Position numbers and translations under genes: made by a program. A stretch of DNA of 59,037 nt, filler included, from Squatina squatina (lineage: Eukaryota), in NCBI GenBank assembly GCA_031763465.1. It is 3 parts of 3 records of this genome, joined end to end, with 100 filler letters (N's around TTAATTAATTAA, not from the genome) between each part and the next. Parts side by side here need not be neighbours in the genome. Positions count along the whole stretch, not along the records: positions 1 to 14,951 come from JARFOE010000121.1; 2 more parts are not named here. The stretch is one strand, 5' to 3'. The notes below the pieces were generated by a model, which saw only the letters and a list, made by a program, of their open reading frames with translations, was not told the origin of the DNA and searched no databases. The stretch's first letter is position 1; each line of letters begins with the position of its first letter. Below are positions 1-12,978 of the stretch, piece after piece.

Positions 1-78
1 GCCTGAAAGGTGGCATGAACATGTAGAGATAAAGAGGATCACTTTCATGAGAAGTGACCAGCTTTTCTAGACTCCTGT

Positions 79-244
79 ATAGAATCATAGAGTGGTTTCA
101 GCACAGATAGAGGCCATTTGGTCCATAGAGCCTATGCCAGCTCTTTGCAAGAGTGCGTCAGCTAGATTCACTCCCCCGCCCTTTGCCCATAGCCCTAAAT
201 TTTATTTTCCTTTGGGTTCTTACCCAATTCCCTTTTGAAAGCCA
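79..244 (-). mobile_element. CR1-type LINE/SINE 3' end
   Basis: atagaatcatag tail followed by gaggccatttggtcc, the reverse of the CR1 3' terminus seen repeatedly in this window. Confidence 0.7.
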
Positions 245-879
245 CAATATAAGTCGCTACTTCATTCTGCTATCGTTTCCTTTTGACCATTTTTGCCAAG
301 CATCAGCATTTTAAGCTGACAGTCAGCATTTCAACTGTTGTTTCAGCTTGTTAGTGTTTCACAGACAAATCAGCTCTCCTCACTGAGGTTGTCAGTATCA
401 ATCATTCAGATTGTTTGGAGGGCAGAACTGAAAGCTTTTAGAGCCAAACAATCTGATGTTACTTTCTTTCACTGTTGGTTGCACACTTAAGGCAGAATTT
501 TTTTTAGATAAGCTGCTGGTTTTTGACAGTCACTGGGGGAAATTTTCAACTATTGGCCCCTCGTGTCTCACCTGAGAAATGGGCAGTCGACAGCTGAAAA
601 TAGTGGTCAGGGGCAACTCAGCCACCCCATTGCCGAGGCCTGCTGCAATTTTCAGGTGGCCTGTAAATGTATGAGCAGCACACAGTGTGTGATGACAGAT
701 GCATAAAATATTCAGCTACGTTAGATAAAAGGATTCATTTGGGCTGCATACACATAAGATTGTGAATGAAGGAATACTTCCAGCAGAAGACTAGGGGTGT
801 GACGGGCACTCTGCTGCATGCTGGGAATTCATAGTAAACAATTCAAGTGCTTTAACACATTTTATGTGCCAGACATGTT

Positions 880-1190
880 TAATACAGCATTCCTGAAGTG
901 TTAGCAGCCAGAAAAAAGGCATAAAGGTAGTTTCAAATCCAACATTAAGAAATGCAGTATTGACTTCAGTACAGGGGTGGAAGCCATCAAAGACTGCAAA
1001 CTGTGGCAATTCATGTGTATGCAGAGAGTTGACAAGTTTGAGCAAAGAAGCAGAGAAATATAGACAGGGGAAAGAATGTCAGTCTGCTGTGATTACACCA
1101 TCAACTGGGTTGTCCTTTATATGTCGGTTTTGTGGTAAAATATACTTCACTGGGATTAGTTTTCAAAATCATCTAAGTGTTCACCAATGA
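880..1190 (+). mobile_element. Decayed RTE-clade LINE 3' coding end
   Basis: Frameshifted translation gives KSNIKKCSID...DCKLW...DKFE then FICRFCGKIYFTGISFQNHLSVH*, which resembles the RTE C-terminus with its terminal C2H2-like motif. Confidence 0.6.
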
Positions 1191-1299
1191 TATTGGCCAA
1201 CCTTAAATCTTGGATTTTTGTTTCTTAGCATAAAAAGGATAAAAATCTTACTCAATTATTGAGGGATTGCCAAAGGAAGGAAGATGTGACTGGCACTCC

Positions 1300-2029
1300 C
1301 CTTACTTTGCCTGACTTGACAAGGTGGTGAAACAATTTTCCAAAACATAGTTATCATGTATGGGATGTTATCTTTAGTATTGACTGCCCTGTCCACCTCC
1401 TTCCACTTCCTCTGTGCATCTCTCCTTGGGGTTCCAATTACTCTCCTTCCTCTGCTGACTTTGTGCAACGGCACTTCAACAACCGCATCACCCAGTGAAC
1501 CTAAGGGCTCTCTGCCCTCCTGCAGACTTGACAGATGCCAATTTGCCAGTATCTTTAATGCTGTGCTTCCATTATAGCAGTTTTCCTGAAACACACAAGT
1601 TTTTCTGAAGACCGCAGCTCTGAGCACAGCTTTCTTGTGCTCTTCTCACACACAAGGTCAATTCATTACTTTCCTACATACGGGATTTAAAGTCTGCCGT
1701 TTCTGAGCACAGCGTCCCACACCTCAGGCATTCAAAAAATGTTTCGCTCCCACCCAACCTCCTGTAATGGCTCCCTTTTGCCACTAACAGTCTTTTCATT
1801 CATCCTTTATTTGCTTCATTGATGTGCTTCAATAGACCTATTCAGATGAAGGCGAAACACTCCTGACCTTACTGCATCGCACCACTTTGAAAAAACTGCA
1901 AAATTCAACGCTCATTGGCAGCTACGTAGCGCTGCACATGCACCTAAACTATTCAGGGAAAAGCGGCAGCCACCGAGAAACAAGACCCAGTTCTTCAGTT
2001 AGCATCCCCTGTATCACACGATTCAGCCC
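1300..2029 (-). mobile_element. Decayed Harbinger element carrying a Myb/SANT-like ORF remnant
   Basis: Minus strand reads RALRFT (frameshift) DAVVEV...RKWKEVDRAVN, then a GTAAG donor. The segment ends in a TIR-like attcagccc. Confidence 0.5.
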
Positions 2030-3312
2030 AGAACTTCCTTGAACAACCGATGCGCTGCATTTGGAAGGCCGGCCCTGCTTTCACAGTGCTTGTGTGTTGA
2101 GTGGTCCCNNNNNNNNNNNNNNNNNNNNNNNNNNNNNNNNNNNNNNNNNNNNNNNNNNNNNNNNNNNNNNNNNNNNNNNNNNNNNNNNNNNNNNNNNNNN
2201 NNNNNNNNGCACCTATTTTCTATGTTTCTATGTTTGCTGTGCTGTTGATGGTAGATTAACTGAAAACTTAAATAACGTCTCTGGGACACAATAGACAGAA
2301 AGAAATTGGGGGTGGGGGAGGTGGGAGTAGAAAGGGATGTCTGTTTTAAGGATGGAGACTCAATTTTAGAAATTTCTGGATAGCCCATAAAAAAGACATT
2401 CTATTCAGCTGAAAATCAGAGAAGTGATCCCTATATTGGAATGGTGGTGTCTTTCACCTGCAATAAAAATGATTAACTGTGGGGTGTGCCTGTAGTTTAA
2501 TTATGCCAAGTCCATATCCCACTCAAGTTCAGCTCTTAACTCCTTGCTTTCATCTGACATATGGCTTACATTCGGAGCTATTTTTGAGCTGCCGGCTTTT
2601 GTTAGTTTTAAAGGTTGGTGCATATGTCTGACTTGAGGAGCCCTTCCCTTTTTCCAGGGCTCCCCTTTTCCCACCTTTTGTTTCTGGCTTCCTTTTTTTC
2701 CTTCCTTTTTCATTCAGATTTTGTTGGATATATTTAAATTTGGAGGTGTGTTATTTGTGCACTTCCTTTATTTTCCTGTTAGGAATGGGTGTGCTGATTT
2801 GGAAGGAAGCTAAGAGTTTTTGATGACACAGTTTACCAAATTCATAAGAAACATGTTACATAAGGTTAGAGCACCTGATCAAACAAGTAAACCCAAAGTC
2901 CTCTAACCAAAGGAATAAGAAACAGGTGGGAAAAGTTCACACAGATAAGGAAAACAACAGCTAAATGGGATGGTGTCACCCGAGTTTAGTTTTACTTTAT
3001 TTTTTATTAAGGAGGAGGACCTGAGTAAACAGAGCTGTAGAATACTTATTAATTATGAGTAACTTCCAAATAAAGTAAAAGAAGATGTATGTTTCTTGTG
3101 GAAGGTATTCTCAAAGAGTTAAAGGTAAAGTAGATTAGGGTACGTTTTGAGTCACTGCAACATTTATTACTTTTGGAGCAGTAGCATCTGAATTAATTTG
3201 GTTTATTTCAAAGTGAATTTTTTTCTTACTGTCCAGTGTCAAATCTGCATGGTGCTTTTCCAGCATACAGTTGACAGTAAAAATTAGATTTGGTTTTATT
3301 TACATATTCTGG

Positions 3313-3347
3313 TGTATATATATATATATATATTATATAATATATAT
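3313..3347. repeat. (TA)n microsatellite
   Basis: Visible tatata run. Confidence 0.9.
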
Positions 3348-3608
3348 TGAATTTATTTGGTTTTAAATTCTGCTGTTCTTCACTGACATTTTATTTTGTG
3401 GCTCTATTTTAGACATGTTAAAGTGTTTTACGTTGCTTGGCTATATAAAGAAAAATTTGTTTTGTTCAATTATAAACTGAGATTAGTGAATACTCTTGAA
3501 TGTGCCAAATTTGTGGTTCTGTCTGATGAATGATATCCAACACCAAAGCAAGATGATTACTTTGTTTGTGCATTTCTGCTTAGGCTGATTATTTGTATCC
3601 TCCAACAG

Positions 3609-3796
3609 AATCTAGTGAACACGAAGACAAAAGCACTGATGCCTCAGGTGAGATTTTTTCACATCCTTGTGCTGCACCAGTCTATGGCCTTACTAAGGGA
3701 ACAAAAGAAGATTCAGTTTCAGAAAAGCCGACCAAGCCAGAGGATGGAGACGGCTTGGGTCCATTGCCTGAGAACTGGGAGATGGCATACACAGAA
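3609..3796 (+). CDS. MAGI2: MAGI2-like exon (linker plus first half of WW1), truncated at its 3' end
   Basis: Acceptor tttgtatcctccaacAG. Translates (E)SSEHEDKSTDASGE...PLPENWEMAYTE, matching MAGI2 ESSEHEDKS...PLPDNWEMAYTE. The expected KGEVYFID and GT donor are absent. Confidence 0.85.
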
Positions 3797-4027
3797 TTCT
3801 TATGTAACTTCTAGATGAACATTTTTAGTTAACTTGACTTGGAAATGTGCTACCCCTTTTTAACTTAATATATAGCAACTCGAAAGAGCTGAACTTGTCA
3901 AAAATACAGCTGCCTTGTACAATTTTTGTTGCACCTCTTCTGTAGCTAATTAGATTGTATAAGCAAATTAGATGTATTGATTGCAATTTGACTTGAACAA
4001 CCAATTGTTTTTTTTTAAAAAGACTAG

Positions 4028-4138
<111 letters not shown>

Positions 4139-4944
4139 TAAATATGCATTTCTTTGCTTAGCATGTGTACATATTTTTTTAAATGTATTGCTTTTTTTAG
4201 ATTTGATAGCTGGAGAGTGCATCTTGCTGCTGAATAATAGCTAATGAGAGCAGCTAACACTGGGACACAGGTGACCTTCACTGCTTGCTGTATATTGTTT
4301 GNNNNNNNNNNNNNNNNNNNNNNNNNNNNNNNNNNNNNNNNNNNNNNNNNNNNNNNNNNNNNNNNNNNNNNNNNNNNNNNNNNNNNNNNNNNNNNNNNNN
4401 NGGTGTGGATTTCCAAGTCAGCAAGAACATGGAAATCAGATTCAGAATCACACACAAAGGGGTATTAGACTTGAATTCAGAGGGCCAAAGTTTTAATTCC
4501 ATTCTCAGCAGATATTCAAGTACGCTGGCCTGTATTACAATAAAAAGAAAATTATAATAAGAAGTGCCTTAAATATACTTTACGGTGAGTTTGTCAGAGG
4601 AAACCAACTCCTCCAGAAAATGGACGGTCTTTATTAAGATGACAAAAATCATTAAATCTAAAAAATGGTAATACCTAGCTTTCCTTTGCATAATTGCTTT
4701 AGGGAAAGAAATCTTAAATTAGAAATTCATGATCCATTTTCTAGCTGACCTAAAGGGCAATTTACTGTCCTCACAATCTACTGCTACTGCGGAATGTAAA
4801 ATGTGCTTAAATGTTAATAGATATTAAGTGTGGCATAGAATATTTATGAACTGAACTATATATTTTCAGTTTAAACCTGAACCAAATTCCTGGATTTCTA
4901 TAGCTACTTTTATTCTGGCATTTGTTTTGGTCTGATTTTTTTTT

Positions 4945-5050
4945 TGATTCATTCGTGGGATGTGGGCGTTGCTGGCAAGGCCAGCATTTATTCCCCATTC
5001 CTAATAGCCCTTGAAAAGGGGGTGGTGAGCTGCCTCCTGAACCTGTGTCA
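4945..5050 (-). mobile_element. LINE/SINE 3' tail (family also at 12646, 26945 and 48140)
   Basis: gggatgtgggcgttgctggcaaggccagcatttatt occurs as four near-identical copies in the window, each next to a T- or A-rich run. Confidence 0.8.
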
Positions 5051-5634
5051 GTAAACCAGCTGCCAGCATTTACCTGGATAAATCCATCTCCCTTANNNNN
5101 NNNNNNNNNNNNNNNNNNNNNNNNNNNNNNNNNNNNNNNNNNNNNNNNNNNNNNNNNNNNNNNNNNNNNNNNNNNNNNNNNNNNNNNNNNNNNNNTGAGC
5201 AGCGAATACAGTATACTAAATTGAAAGAAGTACAAGTAAATCGACTCCAAATATACTGTGCTACACGCTCTTTCTTCACCCTATACCCCCACTGTATTGA
5301 AATCAAGACTTATGCTAACATCTGAGGACCTTAAAATTGCAAACGCCTTACCTCTTTCCGTCATTCCTTCCTTCTGCAGTCTTCAAGCGCTTACAACCCA
5401 AGCTTGGCATCTCCTTATCAGTACTTCCTGTTTTACTTGTATTCTCTTTTACTCTTCTCAACCTTGCTGGTGTCCTGCATTATAGGCCTTGACACTTCGC
5501 CTTGGTTTCTCCATTTTTATTTTAAACCAGTTGATAGGTGTCTTTAGAAAGATGGTAGAGTAATGATCTATGTATAAATCTATGTTTGCTATCGATACAT
5601 ATTTTTATCTGTGATTATCTTTCTGTCATTTCAG

Positions 5635-5692
5635 AACTTCCATATGGCTGGGAGAAAATAGATGATCCAGTCTATGGCACCTATTATGTTGA
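5635..5692 (+). CDS. MAGI2: MAGI2-like exon (first half of WW2), 58 nt
   Basis: tttcAG acceptor and GA|GTAAGT donor. Encodes (E)[18 protein letters not shown](D). Confidence 0.95.
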
Positions 5693-6649
5693 GTAAGTTT
5701 GCTGAACAGTATTGTATTACTAATAGTTCAGAAAAAAATAATTAGATCACAGATCTGCAGAAGAACTTTTCACAATATTTTCAAAGTGTGTGGCAGTTAT
5801 TACTTCATTCAACAATTTCATTGAATGTTCAGCTTTTCATTACGCTTTCATTTTTTTTCGTTAAGGTGAATTGTGGCATCAACTGTTTCATATAGAGATT
5901 CTTGTAAATGTAAATTGTGATTGCAAAATGATGAGCTTTGCAGCATAAATAACTTGTTCTCTTTTTGAGCTAAAACTATCAGACATACATACATATTGGT
6001 ACCTTTAAGACCCGAAGACAATATAATAAGTATGTCTTTGTTTTTTGTCACCTCTCGCTGTCCCCTGGATTTTTTCTTCCTTGCATATTTCCTACTCTTG
6101 TCAAGGAGTCCTTTGTTTTGAAATAAATGTTGTACTATCTGTCCACACGCTTAAATACAATTGCGTAATATGAGAAAATAAATCTCTGGTAAAGATGTAA
6201 CAGTTTTCCTCAGTCATTTTATGAGTAAGGAGCAGATTTCTCTGTGAAGTTTGCAAGTATTATTGTAGGATTACAGANNNNNNNNNNNNNNNNNNNNNNN
6301 NNNNNNNNNNNNNNNNNNNNNNNNNNNNNNNNNNNNNNNNNNNNNNNNNNNNNNNNNNNNNNNNNNNNNNNNNNNNNNNNNNNNNNNNNNNNNNNNNNNN
6401 NNNNNNNNNNNNNNNNNNNNNNNNNNNNNNNNNNNNNNNNNNNNNNNNNNNNNNNNNNNNNNNNNNNNNNNNNNNNNNCAATCATAGCAGAAATGAAGCT
6501 GTAGCTACAAACTAGGACTTATTGGAATTGCTGAAGATTAATGTTCTTTTGAATTAAGTAGCATGGAACTATCAATATTCTATAGAGTATAGTCATTATT
6601 CATAAGATCAAGGCCTAAGAATGAGGGTTTTTCTCCTTTATAACTGTAG

Positions 6650-6775
6650 AAGGCTCATCATCAACATTACCTAGACCCAAACATACCTGCCCAGGCTCTC
6701 TGCCTCAGCGGTCGCGCAGTACGAATGACCTGTCTCAGTATCGGAGTGACAGTGCTGGAATGTACAGGCTGTATG
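6650..6775 (+). CDS. Candidate 126-nt in-frame cassette exon of the MAGI2-like gene
   Basis: Pyrimidine tract plus TAG acceptor, G|GTATGT donor, phase 1-1, no stops. Encodes GSSSTLPRPKHTCPGSLPQRSRSTNDLSQYRSDSAGMYRLY. Phase fits the next exon. No homology recognised. Confidence 0.5.
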
Positions 6776-7144
6776 GTATGTCAAAGTGCAACTTCACAGT
6801 CAAGCTGCACTGTTGTAAAGCAGACATTTGTAGTGGGGAATTCTACATCACAGCTCATTATTTGTTGTCAAAGGCACTGGAAGTGGAATGTGGTCTTCTG
6901 TTACCTGCTTATAGCATGCTTACAGTAATTGTTTTTAACCCTTTACTTTCCACATTATTCAAAATACAATTTGCTTTGTCTGCTAAATTTTCTACTAAAA
7001 TATGATGAGCTATGAAATTCATCACTCTTTTTGTATTAATCATTGTAAAATTAACAAACTGATCTAAATTTTTATAAAATTGAATCTAAAAGGGTTAAAA
7101 ATAAAAATAAAAACCATGCACTTTCAGTGCCTTTAGCACTGTGA

Positions 7145-7390
<246 letters not shown>

Positions 7391-7424
7391 TGAATCAAAA
7401 AGGCACAAATATTTTCAAAGAAAG

Positions 7425-7520
7425 CAAGACTTGCTTTTCACCACCACCAAACGTCCCAAAGCACTTTTCAGCCACCGAAGTACTTCTTTAAATGTAGTTA
7501 CATTTGTAATGTAGGAAGCA
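7425..7520 (-). mobile_element. DeuSINE (SacSINE1-like) tail fragment
   Basis: gtcccaaagcactt...tgtag...gtaatgtaggaa, similar to the copy at 46975-47180. Confidence 0.55.
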
Positions 7521-8498
7521 ATTTCAGATTGATCTTGCAGGAGAACTGTTTTCAGAAAAGATCTTTATAACAAATTTCGTAATCTTCCTCATCCATTCAG
7601 GTTCCATATACAACTAGGAACTCCCTCCATCCCATGGCAGAATATCATTCTCCAGGACTGTCGTTTTAAATTTTTATACGTAAAGTTAAGTAATCTACTA
7701 AGTCCTGCTGACTCTCAGCCTCATTTTGGACTTGCTCCCCAGTTTGTTTCCACACAGATCAAATAAGAGCAAAAAAAAGAAACTAAAAGGTACAGGTAAG
7801 GGCTGGGANNNNNNNNNNNNNNNNNNNNNNNNNNNNNNNNNNNNNNNNNNNNNNNNNNNNNNNNNNNNNNNNNNNNNNNNNNNNNNNNNNNNNNNNNNNN
7901 NNNNNNNNCTCTTGAGAAGAGCTCTTCACACCCGTCAAACATGTTTGCCATTACTGTCGTACCTTGATGATGGTTATACTGGGGTTAGTCTGCAGTACAA
8001 GCGCAGCATGCTGACTATGCATTGCAGCTGATAAGTACTGATCTTGTATACGTAGTATAAGTGATATATTGTGCTCCTGTTAAGTGTAAATTGTGCTATT
8101 ATGCAAAAAATTAATCTCAGGGAAAAATATAAATTTTATATTTACAGTAAAATGGCAAGGAACTACTCACAGCATCATCCTTACACAGAGTAGACACCAG
8201 TAGGGTAATAAATAATTAACTGATTAACATTTGAAGTGTTGAGGATTGAGATGGATAGCTATAGTTTCAAAAGAAAATGACTGCACAGTTAAAAGCAAGA
8301 TATTGTAGAAATCTCAATTAAGAAATTTGGGTTTAAAAAAATATACTAGTGTGTACATGCTAGTAGAGTGGGCTCTGTTACTATTACCTCTAAGTAATCC
8401 ATTTACAAAAGTGAAGTAAAACAGATTATATAAGTAATAATAAAACTGGACCGTGATTGAACGGTGAAGATGATACGCTGGAGTTTTGTACCTGTTTA

Positions 8499-8514
8499 TC
8501 GCCATCTAGTGGCT
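8499..8514 (-). promoter_or_regulatory. Candidate CTCF site in a MAGI2 intron
   Basis: tcgccatctagtggct, whose reverse complement AGCCACTAGATGGCGA closely matches the CTCF core motif. Binding cannot be shown from sequence. Confidence 0.5.
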
Positions 8515-11500
8515 AAAAGTTGATTTACATCTCACCCTTATTCTATTGCACATAATATAATTGAGCCTCTATAATTGAGCTAAGTTCAGGTAAGTGAGTA
8601 AATATCTGAACACTATCTGGGTTCTGGTACCAGGTTACTGTTTTACTTTATACTAAAATGTATAGAAATAGTATTAGCCACAGGTTCCAAAATAAAAGCA
8701 CATCCTAATCTTCATATATCAATAACAGGGGCACTGACCTTAAACAAAGATGGTAAGCAATCGCTATCTGTGCGTCTCTCCGAATTTACACCTCTGTGAC
8801 TGCCTGGGCTTGGGTCCCCACTAATGTCATATTGACACGGAGCTCCAGAATGACTGGCTTGGTCAAAGAGCATCTGTTGTATAAATAGCTTGATGTAGTA
8901 TGCAGCTACAGCACTTTAACAGTGATATATAGATAGACTAATAAATATGATCCAGCTTGTCTGCAGTTTATTACATGCATAATATCAAAAGACTCCTATC
9001 CTGTCCAAGCAAAAAGTAATGAAACCTATCAATTTCCAACAAGGTTCACTGCTTAAAACATTTAGCGGCCACATGCTGCTTAATATTTTTGGAATGCAAA
9101 ACTGATTCTAGGTGAAGCACAGGTCAAAATCATTCAAGTATTTTAGTCTTGGAAATGCATAGAATCAACAGATCATTAAATGTTGTGGTAATGTGTGTCA
9201 TTAGATTGCAAGACCTCAAATTGTAAAAAATCAAATATGCTAATTCAAATTCTGGATTTTTAAATTATTCTTAATCATGTTGTTACTGCATTCATGTGAT
9301 TTTTGCTCGTCTTGTGAGATTTAATTCAATATGCCTCCACTGTGCGTGGAGCGGTGTTTCCTCCTCTCTGACACTCCACTTAAAATATTAGAACATCTTA
9401 AATAAATGGGACTTAAATACATTTTTAAGAAAACCACAGTGGCATTCAGTAACAATCAAGAACTTTGCAAATAATTTCCCGAAGTCTTGTAAGAATAAAT
9501 TTCTTCCCATGGCCTCAATTTTCAGTTAGAAATTCACATTCTCTGCCCACCTAATTTTCATCTAGGTTTAATTTTTAAAACTTAAATACAAAAAATGTAG
9601 GAAATAAAAAAAAAACTATAACTGCACCATAACTTGTACAATTTACATTTTCATATTTTGTTACTTTAAAAAATAAAACTATCATTTCGAGAGAATAAAC
9701 ATCAAACAACTTTCTCGCTCATCTCATAGGAACAAAGTGCATACCGGTGGCAGAATCTCAACCAAAGTAATGAAATTCTACGTGGATCCTTTTATAAATG
9801 AATATATTACTTAAATGAGGCTCATGCAACCTCATTCCAGCCCCTGAATTTGCATGTTGCATGATTATACACACTACCAACAGAGCCCCTGAAGAATACA
9901 AAGACTTTAGAATATGCATATAGGAAAGATCCTTCCCAAACCATAGATAGATTTGCCATAAAAACCCACCAGATTTCCATTTGATGGCATAGCTGTTGGG
10001 GAGGGCCAGCCTCTAATAATCAGTCGTCTAAGTACTCCTCAAAGAAAAGGACTTTATTTGTAGTTTCTGAAGTAGTAGTTACTAGCATTGTGAAATTAAC
10101 TTTCCCCTATGGTTACAAATAGGCTGCCTCCAGTGTGACCAGACTGGCGCAGGCTGAGAATAAAACTTAGGACATTCTGGCATGTATAGCTTAGTATTAC
10201 ACCACATATGAATTTACACACAGGCCAGTGCTGGGAATCCACTGGTTAACTTTTAATGGCCATCACTGAAAACTAAATATTTTCAATACTAATGGTGAGT
10301 TTGTTTTCACGTTTGCATGGAGGTTACAAGAAAATTATTTTTGGTAAGCTTAATGTGCTCTTAAGTGTGACATAAAATGCAGAAAATCGGTTGTGAAAGA
10401 ATGGAAATATAATCCGATACTACAATGAGGCAATCAGTTGGGATATTATAGTTGGCCTCAGGACCCCTTCGCTAGCAAGGGACAAATCAGCCAGGGTTCC
10501 TGCTCCTGGTAAATGTGCGTGTATGTGGATACCACTGGAGGGCAGCTGTGTTGGCCTCCACTGTCAACTGGTCAGCTCACACATCCTAAGCTCATAAGCG
10601 AAGAATGGCTACTTGGGTAAAGTAGCAGAAGGTTGCTGTCCTCTTGGAACCAGCCGTTAGCAAGAGTCATTCCCTAAAGGAGAGAAGAAAGTTGGTGAAA
10701 AGTTGCTTAGAAATATAGCTGCGCTGTTTATTTAATGATACAACACATGTACTATACTTATGCACTATATGTGATGAGAGAAATTATGTATGAAATTAAA
10801 TTCGTCATCACCTCTGTTAGTAGTTATATTTCCCGAGTAAAGTGAGTCTTGGGGAACCTTCCATCAGGTGTTAGAGATGAGATGTGACCTCTTTTGGGAT
10901 TATAATTTATAACTACCCTTATCAAATCATTTTAACTTTACAATTAAAATATGTCTATTAACTGAAACATTTTATAAAAGATAGGTGTTTGTAAAATAAA
11001 TTATTTTTCCACGTCTATTTTATTTATGAATTATTCATTGGCAGATACATTCATCAACAGTACAATGGTTCAGTATTAAACTAGAGATAAAGTAGTTGAA
11101 TTTTTGCATATATGCTCAAAAATTGAAATATTTATCATTAAGTGAGCAGGAAATGTTAAGAAATTTGATTGCTTAGCTTGTTTTTGATAACGACTGTCAA
11201 GATTATAAAATCATCTGTCATATTTGAATGTCACATCTGGAGTCTATTGTGCCTGAACGTTTCACACAATTACAAGACAATTATACATTAAGAAGGCCAT
11301 TCAGCCTATTTTTGTTAATCCATCCAGAATGATCCTAAGGGCTCCAGATTGCAGCGTCCAATTGGTTTTTAAATTCGTCAGCCTTGCATAACGTTCATTA
11401 AGTCTGCGATAACTCAAATTGATTTACTTTACACTAAAGGGGGAAAACACAGGAACAAATGCAATTCCTTAACATCATGTCTTTTATTAAAGTTTTACCT

Positions 11501-11529
11501 TATTGTCCGGTTTCTTTCTCTCCCTCTAG

Positions 11530-12159
11530 GTGGTGTGATTGTCTATATAAATGAGATCTGTGTCCTTGGACATACTCATGCTGAAGTATTCAAAATTTTC
11601 CAATCTGTCCCAATTGGTCAATGTGTCAATCTTGTACTATGCCGTGGGTACCTTTTACCCTTTGATCCTGATGACCCAAACAGCATGGTGCCTCCTATAA
11701 CAATAGTGGACCGACAGCCAGTCCAAATAAATGGGCGAAATAATTATGACACATATGTGGAGTTTGGATCCCGAACCTCTCGTTCAGCACCAGACATCTC
11801 TGACCGACATCTACATTCTTTTAATCCAATACCCACTGATGGCCAGATGGATGGAACTTTATCAGCAGTTCAGGAGGACAGTATCTCTATGGCCTCTTCA
11901 GGAGCCACTCAGTCTGAATTCATGACAATTGCTATTGTGAAAGGAGCACAGGGCTTTGGCTTTACCATAGCAGACAGTCCCACAGGACAGCGAGTAAAAC
12001 AAATCCTAGATATTCAAGGCTGTGGTGGCCTTAATGAAGGTGATCTAATCGTGGAGATTAATCAGCAGAATGTGCAGACTCTCGGCCATGTCCAAGTAGT
12101 GGAGATTTTAAAGGAATGTTCAGTTGGAACTGAGACCACTTTGGTCATCCAGAGGAGTG
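11530..12159 (+). CDS. MAGI2: MAGI2-like large exon (end of one PDZ, linker, complete next PDZ), 630 nt
   Basis: ttctctccctctAG acceptor and G|GTAAGT donor. Encodes VIVYINEICVLGHTHAEV...KGAQGFGFTIADSPTGQRVKQILDIQGC...LVIQRS. Confidence 0.96.
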
Positions 12160-12645
12160 GTAAGTCAGAGTTTTCAAATTTACATTATTGTGTCAGTTTT
12201 TTATTGCCATCTTTTAACAACAATATCTGGAGATATTTTCTGATAGCCATTATTGAACAGGTCTTGCTCATATGATATTCAGCCATACACTGTGCCTTGA
12301 ATAGCTGAATTCATTATCATGATGTTCCTTTAATCTTGCTGTACTTAATGGTGATGATTTGAATAAATGAAGTTATCCTGGCTGCATTATACTGTCGATC
12401 TAAAATGAACATATTGGCCCGGATTTTGCATTGAGAATAATGGTGAGGCCAACAGCGCTTGACCATTATTATGGAGTAAATCGGACAGCAACTCCAGAGT
12501 CCACTCGTGCAGTTAAGCGCGGAAATCCAGAAGTTGCAGCCCGAGTTACCCTGCTCCTCCACCGACTGCGCTATAAGAGTTCCCCACCGATAGACTTGAC
12601 ATTGAAATCAATGTAAGGGCATAAAGTTGTGGTACTTTTTTTAAA

Positions 12646-12878
12646 TATTTGTTCCTGGGATGTGGGCATCACTGGCAAGGCCAGCATTTATCGCCCATCC
12701 CTAGTTGCCCTTGAGAAGGTGGTGATGAGCAGCCTTCTTGAACTGTTGCAGTAGCACTCGACTGAGTGGCTTGCTAGGCCATTTCAGAGGACAGATAAGA
12801 ATCAACCACATTGCTGTGGGTCTGGAGTCACATATAGACCAGACCAGGTAAGGATGGCAGATTCCCTTCCCTAAAGGA
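12646..12878 (-). mobile_element. SINE with a LINE-derived tail
   Basis: The same tail as 4945 continues into a different body (actgagtggcttgctaggccatttcagagg...ttccctaaagga). Confidence 0.75.
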
Positions 12879-12978
12879 NNNNNNNNNNNNNNNNNNNNNN
12901 NNNNNNNNNNNNNNNNNNNNNNNNNNNNNNNNNNNNNNNNNNNNNNNNNNNNNNNNNNNNNNNNNNNNNNNNNNNNNN

